Positions 18,511 to 28,865 of a stretch of DNA of 47,561 nt are shown piece after piece; positions within the stretch are counted from its first letter, which is position 1, and each line of letters begins with the position of its first letter. The stretch comes from a virus. The notes beneath the pieces were generated by a model. It was not told where the DNA came from. It ran no database searches and was given only the letters and a program-made list of their open reading frames with translations. Where the stretch lies: UHGV virus genome UHGV-0018584, one strand, 5' to 3'. Made by a program: the position numbers and the translations under genes.

Positions 18511-20714
18511 ACTGTGAAAGCACTTTGTCGCCGGTTGTATGTCCTAAGAACCCGCTTACGAGAGACATTGACGTATCTGTATCTATCAGCAGGCCTATTG
18601 CGGAAGTGGCCACTGATATGACCATGATTTGCTTTGCTACGCCGTCCGTTGACTTCGGCGACGGCGGCAATGACCGCGTGCGCTTTTACAGTTCTTTCGA
18701 CGCCCTTACGCAGGATGTTCCAGTGAATTCGCCAGCTTACTGGGCTGGAACGGCATTCTTTAGTCGCTCTGACAGGCCGACCACGATGTGCGTGGGCCGC
18801 ATCTTTGAAGACGATACGCAAGCGGTACTTCGCGGCGGCGCTATGTCCGCATATCAGGTCAATAAGATAACCGATGGCGGCTTTGACATTTATATTGATG
18901 GAGAACTCACGTCTGTAAGAGGACTTGACTTTACAAACGTAAAGAATGTCGCGGATGTGGCAAAAGTAGTCGCCGCCAATGTTGTCGGTGTCTCCGTTGG
19001 CGCTGAAAACGGCGCATTGGTTATCCGTTCAAATACGAAAGGCGACGGTTCGGAATTGTCTTACGCAGTTCCGCCAAGCGCTACTACATATAACAGCTAT
19101 ACAATCGGAAGCGTTGTAGAAAGCGACATCTTCAACACGCTTTCCGGAACTAGCGACGGCGCTATTGTGCTGCACTATAACGGAAAGCCGTATGGCATCG
19201 CCGACATGGATTTCACGACTTGCGCAAGTCTGAAAGACGTGTTTTCCGTTATTGAGCTGGCGTTGCGCGCTGCGGGCTTGTCTGGCGCCAAGGTCAACGG
19301 CGATGACGACTTTATCGTTTTTTCGATTTTCGATGTTGCCGGAGCTGGTTTCCGCCCTTGCACGGAAGCGCCAGTAGGTACTGACATTGGCAAGCTGCTA
19401 CATCTTTTCGATATTGATACGCCGAAGACTACCAGCGTTGGGGCGGCCGCTACCGAAAAGCCTTGCAGCATCACGTCTGGGCAAGGCCTTGATTTTACAG
19501 CGATTAAAGCGCTTGGTACAACGAACGTTGAGATTGCCGGTACCAGTTATCAGGTAAACTTCTCCAACGTGACTGACGGCCAAACGCTCGTTACGGCTTT
19601 GACGGCCTCTACACAACTTGCGGCCGCGTATACGCCTACGTATACAAATGCACTGACGCTTAACGGTAAAGGCAATAAGTTTGTCTATTATCTGAAAGAC
19701 GATAAAGTCGGACAGGCTTTGAAGCTTACAGCTGGAACCGCAGGTACCATCGTACCTGTGGCCGTGTCAAAGTACACTACTGTAAAGGCGACTGACGTAT
19801 CCGCGCTTCTTAAACTGTCGTCCACAACCGCCTCTAATATCGTCATTGGCTACAGCCCTTGCGGCATCACTTCTGAACTCAATAACATCGCAAGGGCGGC
19901 GCGTTGCGCCGGACGCTCTATATATGGCTGGGTAATCGATGCTAAATATAGGGACACGCAGGAACAGCGGGACGTAGCAGACTGGATTGAACCGCGTAAG
20001 CCAGCGTACTTTTCCACGTGCACGAACAGCCCGCAAGCATACAATAGCGCCGATATATCGAATATCGGATACTACTGTTATAACAAAGGCTATACGCGCA
20101 CGTCTGTAATCTACCATGACAACTCGCAAGTGTATCCTGACATGAGCTATATTGCGCTTGCGCTGTCTGTAGACTACGCGCAGGAAAACAGCACATTAAC
20201 TATGAAATTCAAGCAGTTAACTGGTATCGAAACCAGCCCGTTGACTGAATCGCAGTTGTCTGTGCTTAACAGCCGACGCATTAACAGTTATGTGTCAATC
20301 GGTAATTCCGCAACTACAGTTCGCGAAGGCGTGCAAGGTAATTCGTCTTGGTATACAGACAGCCTTGTAAACCTCGACAACTTTGCAGAGGAACTTCAAG
20401 TGGAAGTCTATAACGTCTTCCTTCGTAACAAGAAAGTTCCGTATACCAACGGCGGACAAAACCTTTTGGTAAGCGCTGCTGCAAAGATATGCCGAAGATA
20501 CACACAGAACGGAACTTTTGCAGAGCGAAGCGTTGAGACGCTTGACAATGAGACGGGCTTTACAACGCTTCCCGCAACCGACATTCGTCCGGCCGCTGTA
20601 TATAGCGCTACTGTATCTGACAGGGAAAAGAGGCTTGCGCCGCCAATTGCGATAACGTGCTATGAAGCTGGCGCGTTCCACAAAGTCGCTCTTAATATCG
20701 GCGTCTACAGCTAG
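18492..20714 (+). CDS. Tail sheath protein (candidate)
   Basis: 741 aa, the first large tail gene. It is followed by a tube-sized protein, a chaperone with a frameshift site, and the tape measure. GGAGAAAACC RBS before the ATG at 18492. Confidence 0.55.
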   Translation: MPDATVNCESTLSPVVCPKNPLTRDIDVSVSISRPIAEVATDMTMICFATPSVDFGDGGNDRVRFYSSFDALTQDVPVNSPAYWAGTAFFSRSDRPTTMCVGRIFEDDTQAVLRGGAMSAYQVNKITDGGFDIYIDGELTSVRGLDFTNVKNVADVAKVVAANVVGVSVGAENGALVIRSNTKGDGSELSYAVPPSATTYNSYTIGSVVESDIFNTLSGTSDGAIVLHYNGKPYGIADMDFTTCASLKDVFSVIELALRAAGLSGAKVNGDDDFIVFSIFDVAGAGFRPCTEAPVGTDIGKLLHLFDIDTPKTTSVGAAATEKPCSITSGQGLDFTAIKALGTTNVEIAGTSYQVNFSNVTDGQTLVTALTASTQLAAAYTPTYTNALTLNGKGNKFVYYLKDDKVGQALKLTAGTAGTIVPVAVSKYTTVKATDVSALLKLSSTTASNIVIGYSPCGITSELNNIARAARCAGRSIYGWVIDAKYRDTQEQRDVADWIEPRKPAYFSTCTNSPQAYNSADISNIGYYCYNKGYTRTSVIYHDNSQVYPDMSYIALALSVDYAQENSTLTMKFKQLTGIETSPLTESQLSVLNSRRINSYVSIGNSATTVREGVQGNSSWYTDSLVNLDNFAEELQVEVYNVFLRNKKVPYTNGGQNLLVSAAAKICRRYTQNGTFAERSVETLDNETGFTTLPATDIRPAAVYSATVSDREKRLAPPIAITCYEAGAFHKVALNIGVYS

Positions 20715-20726
20715 GGAGATGTAACA

Positions 20727-21167
20727 ATGCGTAGAGCATACAGTCAGAAAAACACAACAATCACCATTGACGGCGTTATCATATCTGGATATATGGACGG
20801 AGCGTCCGTTGTAGTCACTCATGACGGCGGCGAAGTGGACAAGACGCACGGTACCGATGGGCCGGGTATCAACTTGGCTACTAATCAGGGGATGACTATC
20901 CAATTTACGTTACGTGAAAACAGTACAAGCAGGGAGTTTCTGCGTGCCTTGCGAATTCGCCAAGAGAACGGTGGCGATGGTGTTACGTGCGTTGTCAGAA
21001 CTGGTGTTGACGTCATGCATATTATGCCTTTTGCCTATATATCTCACCCTGGCCCTCTTAATACTGGCGATAAAAAGATGGGCGGGATTCAATATACGCT
21101 CATGTCAGAAAGCGACGATGTAAGCAATCTCGCATCCGATTTTGTGAACTTCGCCAATAACCTCTAA
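20727..21167 (+). CDS. Tail tube protein (candidate)
   Basis: 146 aa immediately after the sheath candidate. Confidence 0.5.
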   Translation: MRRAYSQKNTTITIDGVIISGYMDGASVVVTHDGGEVDKTHGTDGPGINLATNQGMTIQFTLRENSTSREFLRALRIRQENGGDGVTCVVRTGVDVMHIMPFAYISHPGPLNTGDKKMGGIQYTLMSESDDVSNLASDFVNFANNL

Positions 21168-21190
21168 ATCAAATATAAGGAACACAGGCC

Positions 21191-21601
21191 ATGAGCAATG
21201 GAATTGCAAGCTTCACCGTAGGGGCGGATACGTACAAGTACGAGGAACTTGCGCCGATTGAGGCCATGCGCTTTGGTATCAAAGTAGCGAAAGCGCTAGG
21301 GCCAGCTGTTGCAAAGATTGGTGAGGCCGCTAGCGGAAAGGATGTTGCAAGCGTAACGGCGTCACTTGGCCCAGCGCTGGCTACTGTAGACGAAGAGACG
21401 CTTGACGAGCTGCTCAAGACGGCTATTTCTCGCGTCTATACGCCAATGAACGAATGTCTTGGCAATCAAGCCGTTTTCAACAGCTGGTTCAAAGATAGAA
21501 AAGACAGTCTTTTTACAGTGTCATTCATGGCGCTTTTCCATCTGTCTAAAGATTTTTTTCCGAACGCTCTAGATACAGTTCTCAAAAGCTCCCAGAAGTA
21601 G
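21191..21601 (+). CDS. Tail assembly chaperone (gpG-like)
   Basis: 136 aa immediately upstream of the tape measure. It contains a T7 slippery run near its 3' end. Confidence 0.5.
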   Translation: MSNGIASFTVGADTYKYEELAPIEAMRFGIKVAKALGPAVAKIGEAASGKDVASVTASLGPALATVDEETLDELLKTAISRVYTPMNECLGNQAVFNSWFKDRKDSLFTVSFMALFHLSKDFFPNALDTVLKSSQK

Positions 21602-21813
21602 AGCATCGCGATAACGTAGCTTTGACGATACCAGAAGACTGGTATATCGAGGCTACGTTATCGAGGATTGTATCAGAGCATAAACTCACTGACTACAAGT
21701 CGCTTGTAGACGGAACTCTTACACTGTATGACGTATATTCAATGCTACGTATTGCAGATTGGATAGACTACAAGAATCAGTGCGTCTACAACGCAAGTAA
21801 AGAAGACGGATAA
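21191..21813 (+). CDS. Predicted -1 frameshift fusion (gpGT-like) of the chaperone with the downstream frame
   Basis: TTTTTTT at 21553-21559. The -1 frame is open from 21550 to 21813. Confidence 0.35.
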
Positions 21814-21819
21814 TACAGC

Positions 21820-23673
21820 ATGGCTACAGCGGATGAAATCGTCACTATATTGGGAGTGCAAGTTTCTCAGGAAACATTGCAGAATATAGAGCGCTTTAGA
21901 CAAGGTATTGACGGAGTTATAAGCAAACTCAATGCCTTGTCCGTTGTAGCCGCTGGCATGTTTGCTGGTGCATCAGCACTTGTATATAATGTAATGGACA
22001 CAGCTAGCGAAATCACTACGCTAGCTGACAAGACAGGCATAAGTACAGACGCGCTACAGGAGTGGAGCTACGTTGCAAAGCAAGCCGGCGTATCAGCTGA
22101 TGCTGTTACAAAAGACTTAGCAAAGCTTAACGGAACGCTTGACTTACAGTCTCAATGGCTGTATGGTGATGCTTTTTCGTCCATCGGCGTAGCTGTAACG
22201 GATGCAAACGGAAATCTACGTGAAACTGATGACCTTTTAGGCGACCTGTCTAACCATATGGCAGGTCTTAGCAGGCAACAGGCTGTACAGCTTGGAAGCC
22301 AGCTAGGCTTGTCTGAAGATACAGTCGTACTGCTACGGCAAGGCAAAGAAGCTGTCATAGAGCTGCGAAAAGAAGCGCATGACCTAGGCTATATTATACC
22401 TGAAGAGTCTTTGCAGATAGCAAACGACTTCAGGACGTCTATAGTAAAGATGCAAACGGCCCTTAGAGGGCTTAGCAATCTCGTAGGCATTGCACTAATG
22501 CCAGCAATGCAGCGTTTGGTTGACCTCTTCACCAAATGGATTGTTACCAATAGGTCATGGATAGCACTTAACGCAAAAGCCTTTATGCAAGGCTTTGTAA
22601 ACGCGCTGGAACGAGTACTCGCTGCAATAAAGCGAATCTTCAATTTTCTTGCTCCCGTAACTAGCAAATTCACTGATTTTTGGAAAAGCCTAGATAAAAC
22701 GGAGCTTTACACACATCTTCTTACCGGAGCTCTGCTTGCACTGCTTGCAGCTTTTGCGCCTTTCCTCATAAAAGGTGCGGCGCTCGTAGCGGTTTTCGCA
22801 TTTATAAGCGGCGCAATAGAGGACTTCTTTACCTATCTTGAAGGTGGTGATAGCGTCATCGGACGCCTTGCCGCAAAATTTAATGAGGTTTTTCCAGAAT
22901 GGGGGAGACTCTTTTCCGCCATTGCAGAAAAAGCTAACGCGCTCTTCCAGACGCTTTTCTCGTGGGCTGCTGAAATCGCTCCAAAGGTAGGAAGCGCGCT
23001 ACTAGAGGCTTTCCTTGCCGTAGGTACAGCGCTTAGCGAAGTCGCTGGCAAAGTAGCCGACTTTGTATCGACTTTTTCAGAGCGTTTTCCCGCTATTGTA
23101 GACGCCGTAAAGTCGCTTGCAACGGTAATTAAAGATTTTTTAATGGCTGCAATTGAAGCGCTCATTGCAATATTGAAAGAGCTATTCAATGTAGCGAAAA
23201 CTGTTTTTAGCGCTATTATAGACGGAGTTGTAGCCGGAATGGGCAAAGTCAATGACTTTTTGGCTTGGCTCGGCTTTGGCGATAAAGAAAAGCAAAAGAA
23301 AGAAGGCGCGAAGGCTGTACAGGATGATAACGGCAAAGAAGGTAATAACCGGGCTTTCAGCGCCGTTAAAGGAAATCCGTTTGCACAGCCAATGGGCATG
23401 CAAGCGCAAGGCACGAAATACGCCCCGTTACCGTATGGTAGCTCCAGTCCTACGCAAGCCTACGGGGAAACGGCTTTACAGATGCAAAAGCCGATGCAGC
23501 GCTATCCTACCTTTACCAATCGCTCCGGCGCTGTACAGATACAAGATAACAAGACAATAAACCAGCAAATATATACAAGTGACCCACAGCAGGCCGCCAA
23601 TATGGCGCTGAAAGGCATAGGTGCTTCTCCACAAGTCAATGCCGCCGGTCTTTTTGCTCCTGTAGTAAGGTGA
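21820..23673 (+). CDS. Tail tape measure protein
   Basis: 617 aa, Ala/Leu-rich helical, with a central hydrophobic segment (LLTGALLALLAAFAPFLIKGAALVAVFAFISGAI). Canonical position after the chaperone. Confidence 0.75.
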   Translation: MATADEIVTILGVQVSQETLQNIERFRQGIDGVISKLNALSVVAAGMFAGASALVYNVMDTASEITTLADKTGISTDALQEWSYVAKQAGVSADAVTKDLAKLNGTLDLQSQWLYGDAFSSIGVAVTDANGNLRETDDLLGDLSNHMAGLSRQQAVQLGSQLGLSEDTVVLLRQGKEAVIELRKEAHDLGYIIPEESLQIANDFRTSIVKMQTALRGLSNLVGIALMPAMQRLVDLFTKWIVTNRSWIALNAKAFMQGFVNALERVLAAIKRIFNFLAPVTSKFTDFWKSLDKTELYTHLLTGALLALLAAFAPFLIKGAALVAVFAFISGAIEDFFTYLEGGDSVIGRLAAKFNEVFPEWGRLFSAIAEKANALFQTLFSWAAEIAPKVGSALLEAFLAVGTALSEVAGKVADFVSTFSERFPAIVDAVKSLATVIKDFLMAAIEALIAILKELFNVAKTVFSAIIDGVVAGMGKVNDFLAWLGFGDKEKQKKEGAKAVQDDNGKEGNNRAFSAVKGNPFAQPMGMQAQGTKYAPLPYGSSSPTQAYGETALQMQKPMQRYPTFTNRSGAVQIQDNKTINQQIYTSDPQQAANMALKGIGASPQVNAAGLFAPVVR

Positions 23674-23679
23674 TACCAT

Positions 23680-24261
23680 ATGGCAAGTAGCAAGATTTTT
23701 ACAAAGGATGAGGAGAAAACGCCGCGCTTGCGCTCAGGTAGTAATGTTGCTGGCGTGCTTGTGACTGTAAAAGAAAGCGAAAGCCATACGTACAGTAGTA
23801 CAGCTACAAAACTTGCGCTTGAAAGTGGAGCGCAAGTAACTGACCACGTAATAATCGAGCCGGAGACTGTAGCTGTAACTTTCACAATGACTAATGCTGG
23901 CGAGGGCGCTAGCGCGGCAAGGGACGCTTTTGACCGCTTTGTGAAGATGCTGAAAAACCGCACGCTTGTAGAACTGGTCACAGAGCACGCAATATATACC
24001 AATATGGTATGCACTAATATAACGCCGATGCATTCCGCGCCATATAAAGGCGCTCTTAACTGTACAGCAACTTTTCAAAAGATATACTTTGTAGAGCTGG
24101 TCAGCGCTGGACGAGCGCCAAGACAGCTTAAGCGCGGCGCTAAGAGCGCTGCTGGAAAGTCACAGGATGGTAAAGTGGAGCCTCAGCAGGTAAAGCGCTC
24201 CGGAGCTATTCAACTGTGTGGTGGATGGCTTGATAAAGTCGGACTTAAAAAGGCGAACTGA
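23680..24261 (+). CDS. Tail / baseplate-associated protein
   Basis: Position after the tape measure. Confidence 0.35.
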   Translation: MASSKIFTKDEEKTPRLRSGSNVAGVLVTVKESESHTYSSTATKLALESGAQVTDHVIIEPETVAVTFTMTNAGEGASAARDAFDRFVKMLKNRTLVELVTEHAIYTNMVCTNITPMHSAPYKGALNCTATFQKIYFVELVSAGRAPRQLKRGAKSAAGKSQDGKVEPQQVKRSGAIQLCGGWLDKVGLKKAN

Positions 24262-24263
24262 CA

Positions 24264-24659
24264 ATGGCTGCTGAATTTTATATCTTACCGATAACGGATG
24301 ACGCAGATAGGACATTCTCTTGTCTCTTAGGCGACACGTTATACAACTTCCGCATGTACTATGTGCAAGGCGGAAACAGCGCGAGCTTTTGGCATCTTGA
24401 CGTATACGATGCTGACATGCAGCCGCTTGCACTAGGCCGTAGGCTTATCAATGGCTCCATCAATATATACAAAGGCTACGCCAATGACCTTGCAAAGCGA
24501 TGTCTTACTGTAGGACTGCGGCAAGGTTCTATAGACAATGAAGATATAGAGCAAGTGGATTGCGACTATATTTGGATTACAGACGCGGAAGACAGTCCTT
24601 TTGCGGATGACGACCCGATGGAGCACCTGTACGAAAGCTTTAAGCTGGTGACGGCATGA
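24264..24659 (+). CDS. Hypothetical tail protein
   Basis: Position. Coupled to the next gene by an ATGA overlap. Confidence 0.35.
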   Translation: MAAEFYILPITDDADRTFSCLLGDTLYNFRMYYVQGGNSASFWHLDVYDADMQPLALGRRLINGSINIYKGYANDLAKRCLTVGLRQGSIDNEDIEQVDCDYIWITDAEDSPFADDDPMEHLYESFKLVTA

Positions 24660-25570
24660 GCAAAGCGCCTTGGCTACGCAAGATAAAGGTCACGCTTGGC
24701 CCTTTGGAAGAGTGGAAGGGCTCTACAGCTGGCGAATGCGTTACTTTTACTAGCGATGGAACTATGAACGGCTTGCGCGTTGTAGGCACCTTCAACAAAA
24801 CTGTAATGGGTACGCCTAATCCGTCTGTAATACAACTGTACAATCTAGGTAGAGAAGCCCGTAACGGCATCAAAGCATCTTTGACAAAAGTTACAGTGGA
24901 GGCGGGATGGCAGAATACGGACATGCGCCTCGTCTTTCAAGGTTCTGTAATGAATGTCTACAACGAACGCAACGGCGCCGATATAATAACAAAGTTGACT
25001 GCAATTCCCGGATATGGCTCTTTTGTAAGAGGCGTGTCATCTTTTACTTTTGCAGCTGGTACGCCAGTGAAAGAAGCCGCAACGCGCATTGCAAAAGACT
25101 TTCCCGGAATGCGCGTAAACGACAGCAATTTCAATGGGTTAGCTGGAACTATTGGCGCTGGTGGATGGAGCTACGCTGGAAGTACAAAAGAAGGAATGAC
25201 AAAGCTTTCTGAAGAGTACGGTTTTTCGTGGTCTATCTCCGATGGTCAAGTGACGGCGATAGGCGACAAAGTCATGCTCCCTGACTTTGTAGAACTGAAC
25301 GGACAAGCTTCTGGACTTATATCTATATCTCCTGTAGTAAACGGCCCTATGCAGATAGAAACCGGCGTCAAGATAAAGGCTCTGTACATGCCCGGAATTA
25401 CAGTAGGGTCTAGCGTAAAAGTCAACAGCGACTTAAATCCACGACTGAACGGAACATATAGAATAAATACGCTGAACATCAGCATAGACGCTTACAGCGA
25501 AAGTTGGACGATGGACATAGACAGCCTGCGCTACGGCGGAGGCGCAAGCAACTTGAATTTCCTCAAGTAA
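24656..25570 (+). CDS. Baseplate hub-like protein (gpD / gp27-like position)
   Basis: 304 aa between the tape measure region and the spike. Confidence 0.4.
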   Translation: MSKAPWLRKIKVTLGPLEEWKGSTAGECVTFTSDGTMNGLRVVGTFNKTVMGTPNPSVIQLYNLGREARNGIKASLTKVTVEAGWQNTDMRLVFQGSVMNVYNERNGADIITKLTAIPGYGSFVRGVSSFTFAAGTPVKEAATRIAKDFPGMRVNDSNFNGLAGTIGAGGWSYAGSTKEGMTKLSEEYGFSWSISDGQVTAIGDKVMLPDFVELNGQASGLISISPVVNGPMQIETGVKIKALYMPGITVGSSVKVNSDLNPRLNGTYRINTLNISIDAYSESWTMDIDSLRYGGGASNLNFLK

Positions 25571-25697
25571 ATTCAGGTGTTTACAGACGCCGCTTTAGCT
25601 GTTAGAATTTTCAGCGTGAGCAAAGACAAGCGGCATCCGGTTTTCGCGCCTCATGCAGCTTTCTGCGCTTGTCAAAAGTGATACCAAAGAGGGCAAA

Positions 25698-26561
25698 ATG
25701 GCCGATTATACCAGTGCATCAGATGTCGAGAGCCAGCGCTTGCAAATTCAACGGTTAGTCGATAACGTACATGTGGCCATGCCGGTGAAGGTACTGGAGT
25801 TCCACGCGGAAGGCACGCCGAAGGTTAACGTGCAGCCGTTAACGCAACTTAAGGTGACGCTTGGCGACGAGGTGCAATTTGTAAGCTTTCCAAAGCTTTG
25901 CAACGTTCCAGTTGTGATACCCTACGCACAAACAGCCGGCTTGCTTATCACTTTACCTATCAAGCCCGGAGATACAGGGTTGCTTGTCATCGCTGATAGG
26001 GGAATCGATACTTTTCTGAAAGGCCAAGGCGCGGAAGCGCCGCCGCCTTTTTCAGGAGACGCCACAGTTGCAACGCCGCGTGCACATGCGCTCAATGACG
26101 GCATATTTATACCGGGCTTGTGCATTGATGCAATGACTGTAGATAGCTACAGTCTTGACAATATAGAAATCAGAGATAAGCAACGTAAGCATTACATCTC
26201 TCTTGGGCCGCAAGGTATAGAAATATCAGACAGTAAGGCCGTATGGAAGATGCAAGATGGAAAGCTTACAGTAAACGCGCCGAACGGGATTGCGGAAACA
26301 TCCGATGCGCCAGTTTCAAGAGTTACATCCGCATGCCATACACTGAAAGGCTCTAATATAGACATCGGATGCGGCGACGGCCATGTTAATAGAATGCACG
26401 GCACGTTTGAAATCGGTGATGAAGGCACTACTAATGTAATCCACGGCGATGTTACAATGCCCGAAGGTACAGTTACAGATAAAGACGGCGTTAACTTGAA
26501 TACACATACGCACGGCGGCATTGAACCCGGCGGCGGTTCTACAGCCGAACCAGACAAATAG
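25698..26561 (+). CDS. Baseplate central spike (gpV-like)
   Basis: C-terminal HxH-type tip NTHTHGGIEPGGG and DGHVNRMHG, typical of spike tips. The start is probably MADYTSAS with an AAAGAGGG RBS. Confidence 0.55.
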   Translation: MADYTSASDVESQRLQIQRLVDNVHVAMPVKVLEFHAEGTPKVNVQPLTQLKVTLGDEVQFVSFPKLCNVPVVIPYAQTAGLLITLPIKPGDTGLLVIADRGIDTFLKGQGAEAPPPFSGDATVATPRAHALNDGIFIPGLCIDAMTVDSYSLDNIEIRDKQRKHYISLGPQGIEISDSKAVWKMQDGKLTVNAPNGIAETSDAPVSRVTSACHTLKGSNIDIGCGDGHVNRMHGTFEIGDEGTTNVIHGDVTMPEGTVTDKDGVNLNTHTHGGIEPGGGSTAEPDK

Positions 26562-26569
26562 GAAAACCT

Positions 26570-27628
26570 ATGTCGTGGGACATTGCTTTAAATCACAGCC
26601 ATACATTGAAAGGCGGTATAGTAACGGGCGGTGACGAGATATTGCAGCGCCTATGGATACGCCTTAACAGAGAGCTTGGCGAGTGGTTTTTGAATACAGA
26701 GGCGGGATTGCCTTGGTATCAAGACGGCTACGGTATGCTTGGGGCTAAGCCTAATAGGAAAAACGATTGCGACCTTCTCATTAGGCAAGAGATTGCAGAT
26801 ACAGAAGGCGTCGAAGCCGTATTAAAGTTCAAGTCACAGTACTTTGCCGGTGCACGCCTTTATAGTGTATATTGTGCTGTTTTGCTTTCCATGGGGAGCA
26901 CGGCTGTACTTAACTTTGACGTAACGCTAGATAAGGACAATAACGGTATGCCTATAATTCCAGCCGATTGCATCCGCTTTGAGCCGGACGGACGCACGCT
27001 GCAAGAGCTCTACGACAGTGGAGAGCTTAAAGGGCCAAAAGGTGACGCTGGCAGAGACGGCGTTGACGGTATTAGCGCAACGGTCGCTGTTGGAAAAACT
27101 ACGACAATTCCGCCGGGCAATAACGCTGATGTTAAGAACTCCGGCACTGATATGCGCGCCGTTTTCGACTTTTACATACCGCAAGGTGAGCAAGGGGAAA
27201 TTGGGCCACAGGGGCCGAAGGGAGACAAGCCGCTCATCGCTGTGGGCAAGGTCACTACTGGCGCGCCGGGTACCAACGCCTCCGTCACAGACGTCGGCAA
27301 TATCGACAAGGCTATATTTGACTTTGTCATCCCGCGAGGGGATAAAGGGCCGTCCACTACAGTCAAAGCCGACAACACGTTGGGCGTTACTGAAAGCACT
27401 AGCGGTTCTGGCGATAAAACATATACACTTACTGTCAAAGACAATAACCACAAGCACACAATCGACAATATTACAGGCTTGCGTAAAGAACTGGATGACG
27501 CCAAGAGCGCAGCATCTGCGGCGGCTATCAAGAAAGTCACTCTTACTGGAGACGTTACAGGCTCTGGTACAGCAAGCGGCGGCGAAGTCACTATCACGAC
27601 AAAGACAGACGGCGGTCTTATCAAGTAA
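26570..27628 (+). CDS. gp25 / gpW-like baseplate wedge domain fused to a collagen-like fibre segment
   Basis: N-terminus has GGIVTGGDEILQRLWIRLNRELGEWFLNTEAGLPWYQD (W / gp25-like). The C-terminus has Gly-X-Y runs and two copies of the VAVGKTTT.PG.NA.V.N.GT...A.FDF.IP.G.KG fibre motif, also found in 8096..10711. Confidence 0.5.
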   Translation: MSWDIALNHSHTLKGGIVTGGDEILQRLWIRLNRELGEWFLNTEAGLPWYQDGYGMLGAKPNRKNDCDLLIRQEIADTEGVEAVLKFKSQYFAGARLYSVYCAVLLSMGSTAVLNFDVTLDKDNNGMPIIPADCIRFEPDGRTLQELYDSGELKGPKGDAGRDGVDGISATVAVGKTTTIPPGNNADVKNSGTDMRAVFDFYIPQGEQGEIGPQGPKGDKPLIAVGKVTTGAPGTNASVTDVGNIDKAIFDFVIPRGDKGPSTTVKADNTLGVTESTSGSGDKTYTLTVKDNNHKHTIDNITGLRKELDDAKSAASAAAIKKVTLTGDVTGSGTASGGEVTITTKTDGGLIK

Positions 27629-27640
27629 GAGGGTAGATAT

Positions 27641-28861
27641 ATGCCGGGTATCACAAAAGACGGCTTTATACCAAAGACGCTACGCGATATAAGAGGCGAC
27701 TTAATAGCCAATTGCGCGCTTATCAAAGACACAGATACAGGAGAGTATCCGCTTTTCAATATCTGCGACGACACTGTACTTTCGCAGGTAATCGGCGTCT
27801 TTGCATCAGAACTGTCAGTTGCGTGGGCGGAACTCGGTGAAGTGTACGCGCAATTTGACCCGCAGATGAATACCGGAGCCGGACAGTCGGGTACAGTACA
27901 GCTTAACGCGATAATTCGAAAAGAAGGCGCATACAGTAAAATCGATATTACTGTTGGCGGCGTGTCAGGTACTGTAGTACCAAAAGGTAGCCTTATCGGC
28001 AACATGCAAGGAACGCTGTCTTTTTCAGTAGATGAAGACATTACGCTTGTAGGCGATGAAGGCGCTACCGTGACTGCAAAAGGCTCCGCAAGCGCTACAA
28101 AAATGGGGCCACTTAACCCGCAAGTCAACAGCATCATTGCAATACAAACGCCCACAAACGGCTGGAATACTGTAACAAATACAGCCACCACAACTGTAGG
28201 CACTGAAGAGGAGACAGACGCCGCCTTGCGTAAACGCCAGCAGCGCTCTACGTCTTTGACATCATACAGACAGATAGACGCTATATGGGCGGCGCTGGTC
28301 AACCTTGAGGGCGTCACCTACGCACGAGTGTATCAGAATTCAGATACGTATCCAGAAGACGATAGAGGTATTCCGTACAAGGAAGTTGCGGCCATCGTGG
28401 AAGGCGGCAAAGATGAAAAGATTGCAGAGGCGCTTTTCTACAGGCTCCCGACTGGGCAGATTGGATATGGTACAACGTCTGTCGATTTTACGGACGCCCA
28501 GAATATCTTGTATTCAATAAGTTTTTCGCGTCCAAAGAAGATTCCTGTATACGTCCAAATGACGCTAAAGATATATGATAGCGGGGAGTGGCCTGCTGAT
28601 GGAGCGGACAAGATAAAGCAAGCGATTATAGACTACGCGAGATACGACAGTGAAATGCCGGACATGGGCTTCCCGCCGGGTACTGACGTTATATTGTCTC
28701 GTCTATATACGCCAATCAATACTGTTCCGGGACACAGCGTCACAAAGCTGGAAATCGGCCTCGACGGCAAGCAGTGGACTGAGCAAGACATGCACATACG
28801 CTGGAATGAGCTGGCTGTCTTTGACGCGGAACGGATAACCGTTAATATAGAGCAGGGATAG
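27641..28861 (+). CDS. Baseplate J-like protein
   Basis: 406 aa with an ETDAALRKRQQRS segment typical of the baseplate J family. Located after the W-like gene. Confidence 0.7.
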   Translation: MPGITKDGFIPKTLRDIRGDLIANCALIKDTDTGEYPLFNICDDTVLSQVIGVFASELSVAWAELGEVYAQFDPQMNTGAGQSGTVQLNAIIRKEGAYSKIDITVGGVSGTVVPKGSLIGNMQGTLSFSVDEDITLVGDEGATVTAKGSASATKMGPLNPQVNSIIAIQTPTNGWNTVTNTATTTVGTEEETDAALRKRQQRSTSLTSYRQIDAIWAALVNLEGVTYARVYQNSDTYPEDDRGIPYKEVAAIVEGGKDEKIAEALFYRLPTGQIGYGTTSVDFTDAQNILYSISFSRPKKIPVYVQMTLKIYDSGEWPADGADKIKQAIIDYARYDSEMPDMGFPPGTDVILSRLYTPINTVPGHSVTKLEIGLDGKQWTEQDMHIRWNELAVFDAERITVNIEQG

Positions 28862-28865
28862 TACG

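Noticed and set aside
22833-23414. Antisense ORFs within the tape measure gene (22833..23414-, 23502..24014-)
   Set aside because: Shadow frames of an Ala-rich helical gene. No independent signals.
26979-28317. ORFs 26979..27692 (+) and 27172..28317 (-) overlapping the W-fibre and baseplate J genes
   Set aside because: Alternative-frame or antisense artefacts. The annotated genes have recognisable family motifs.
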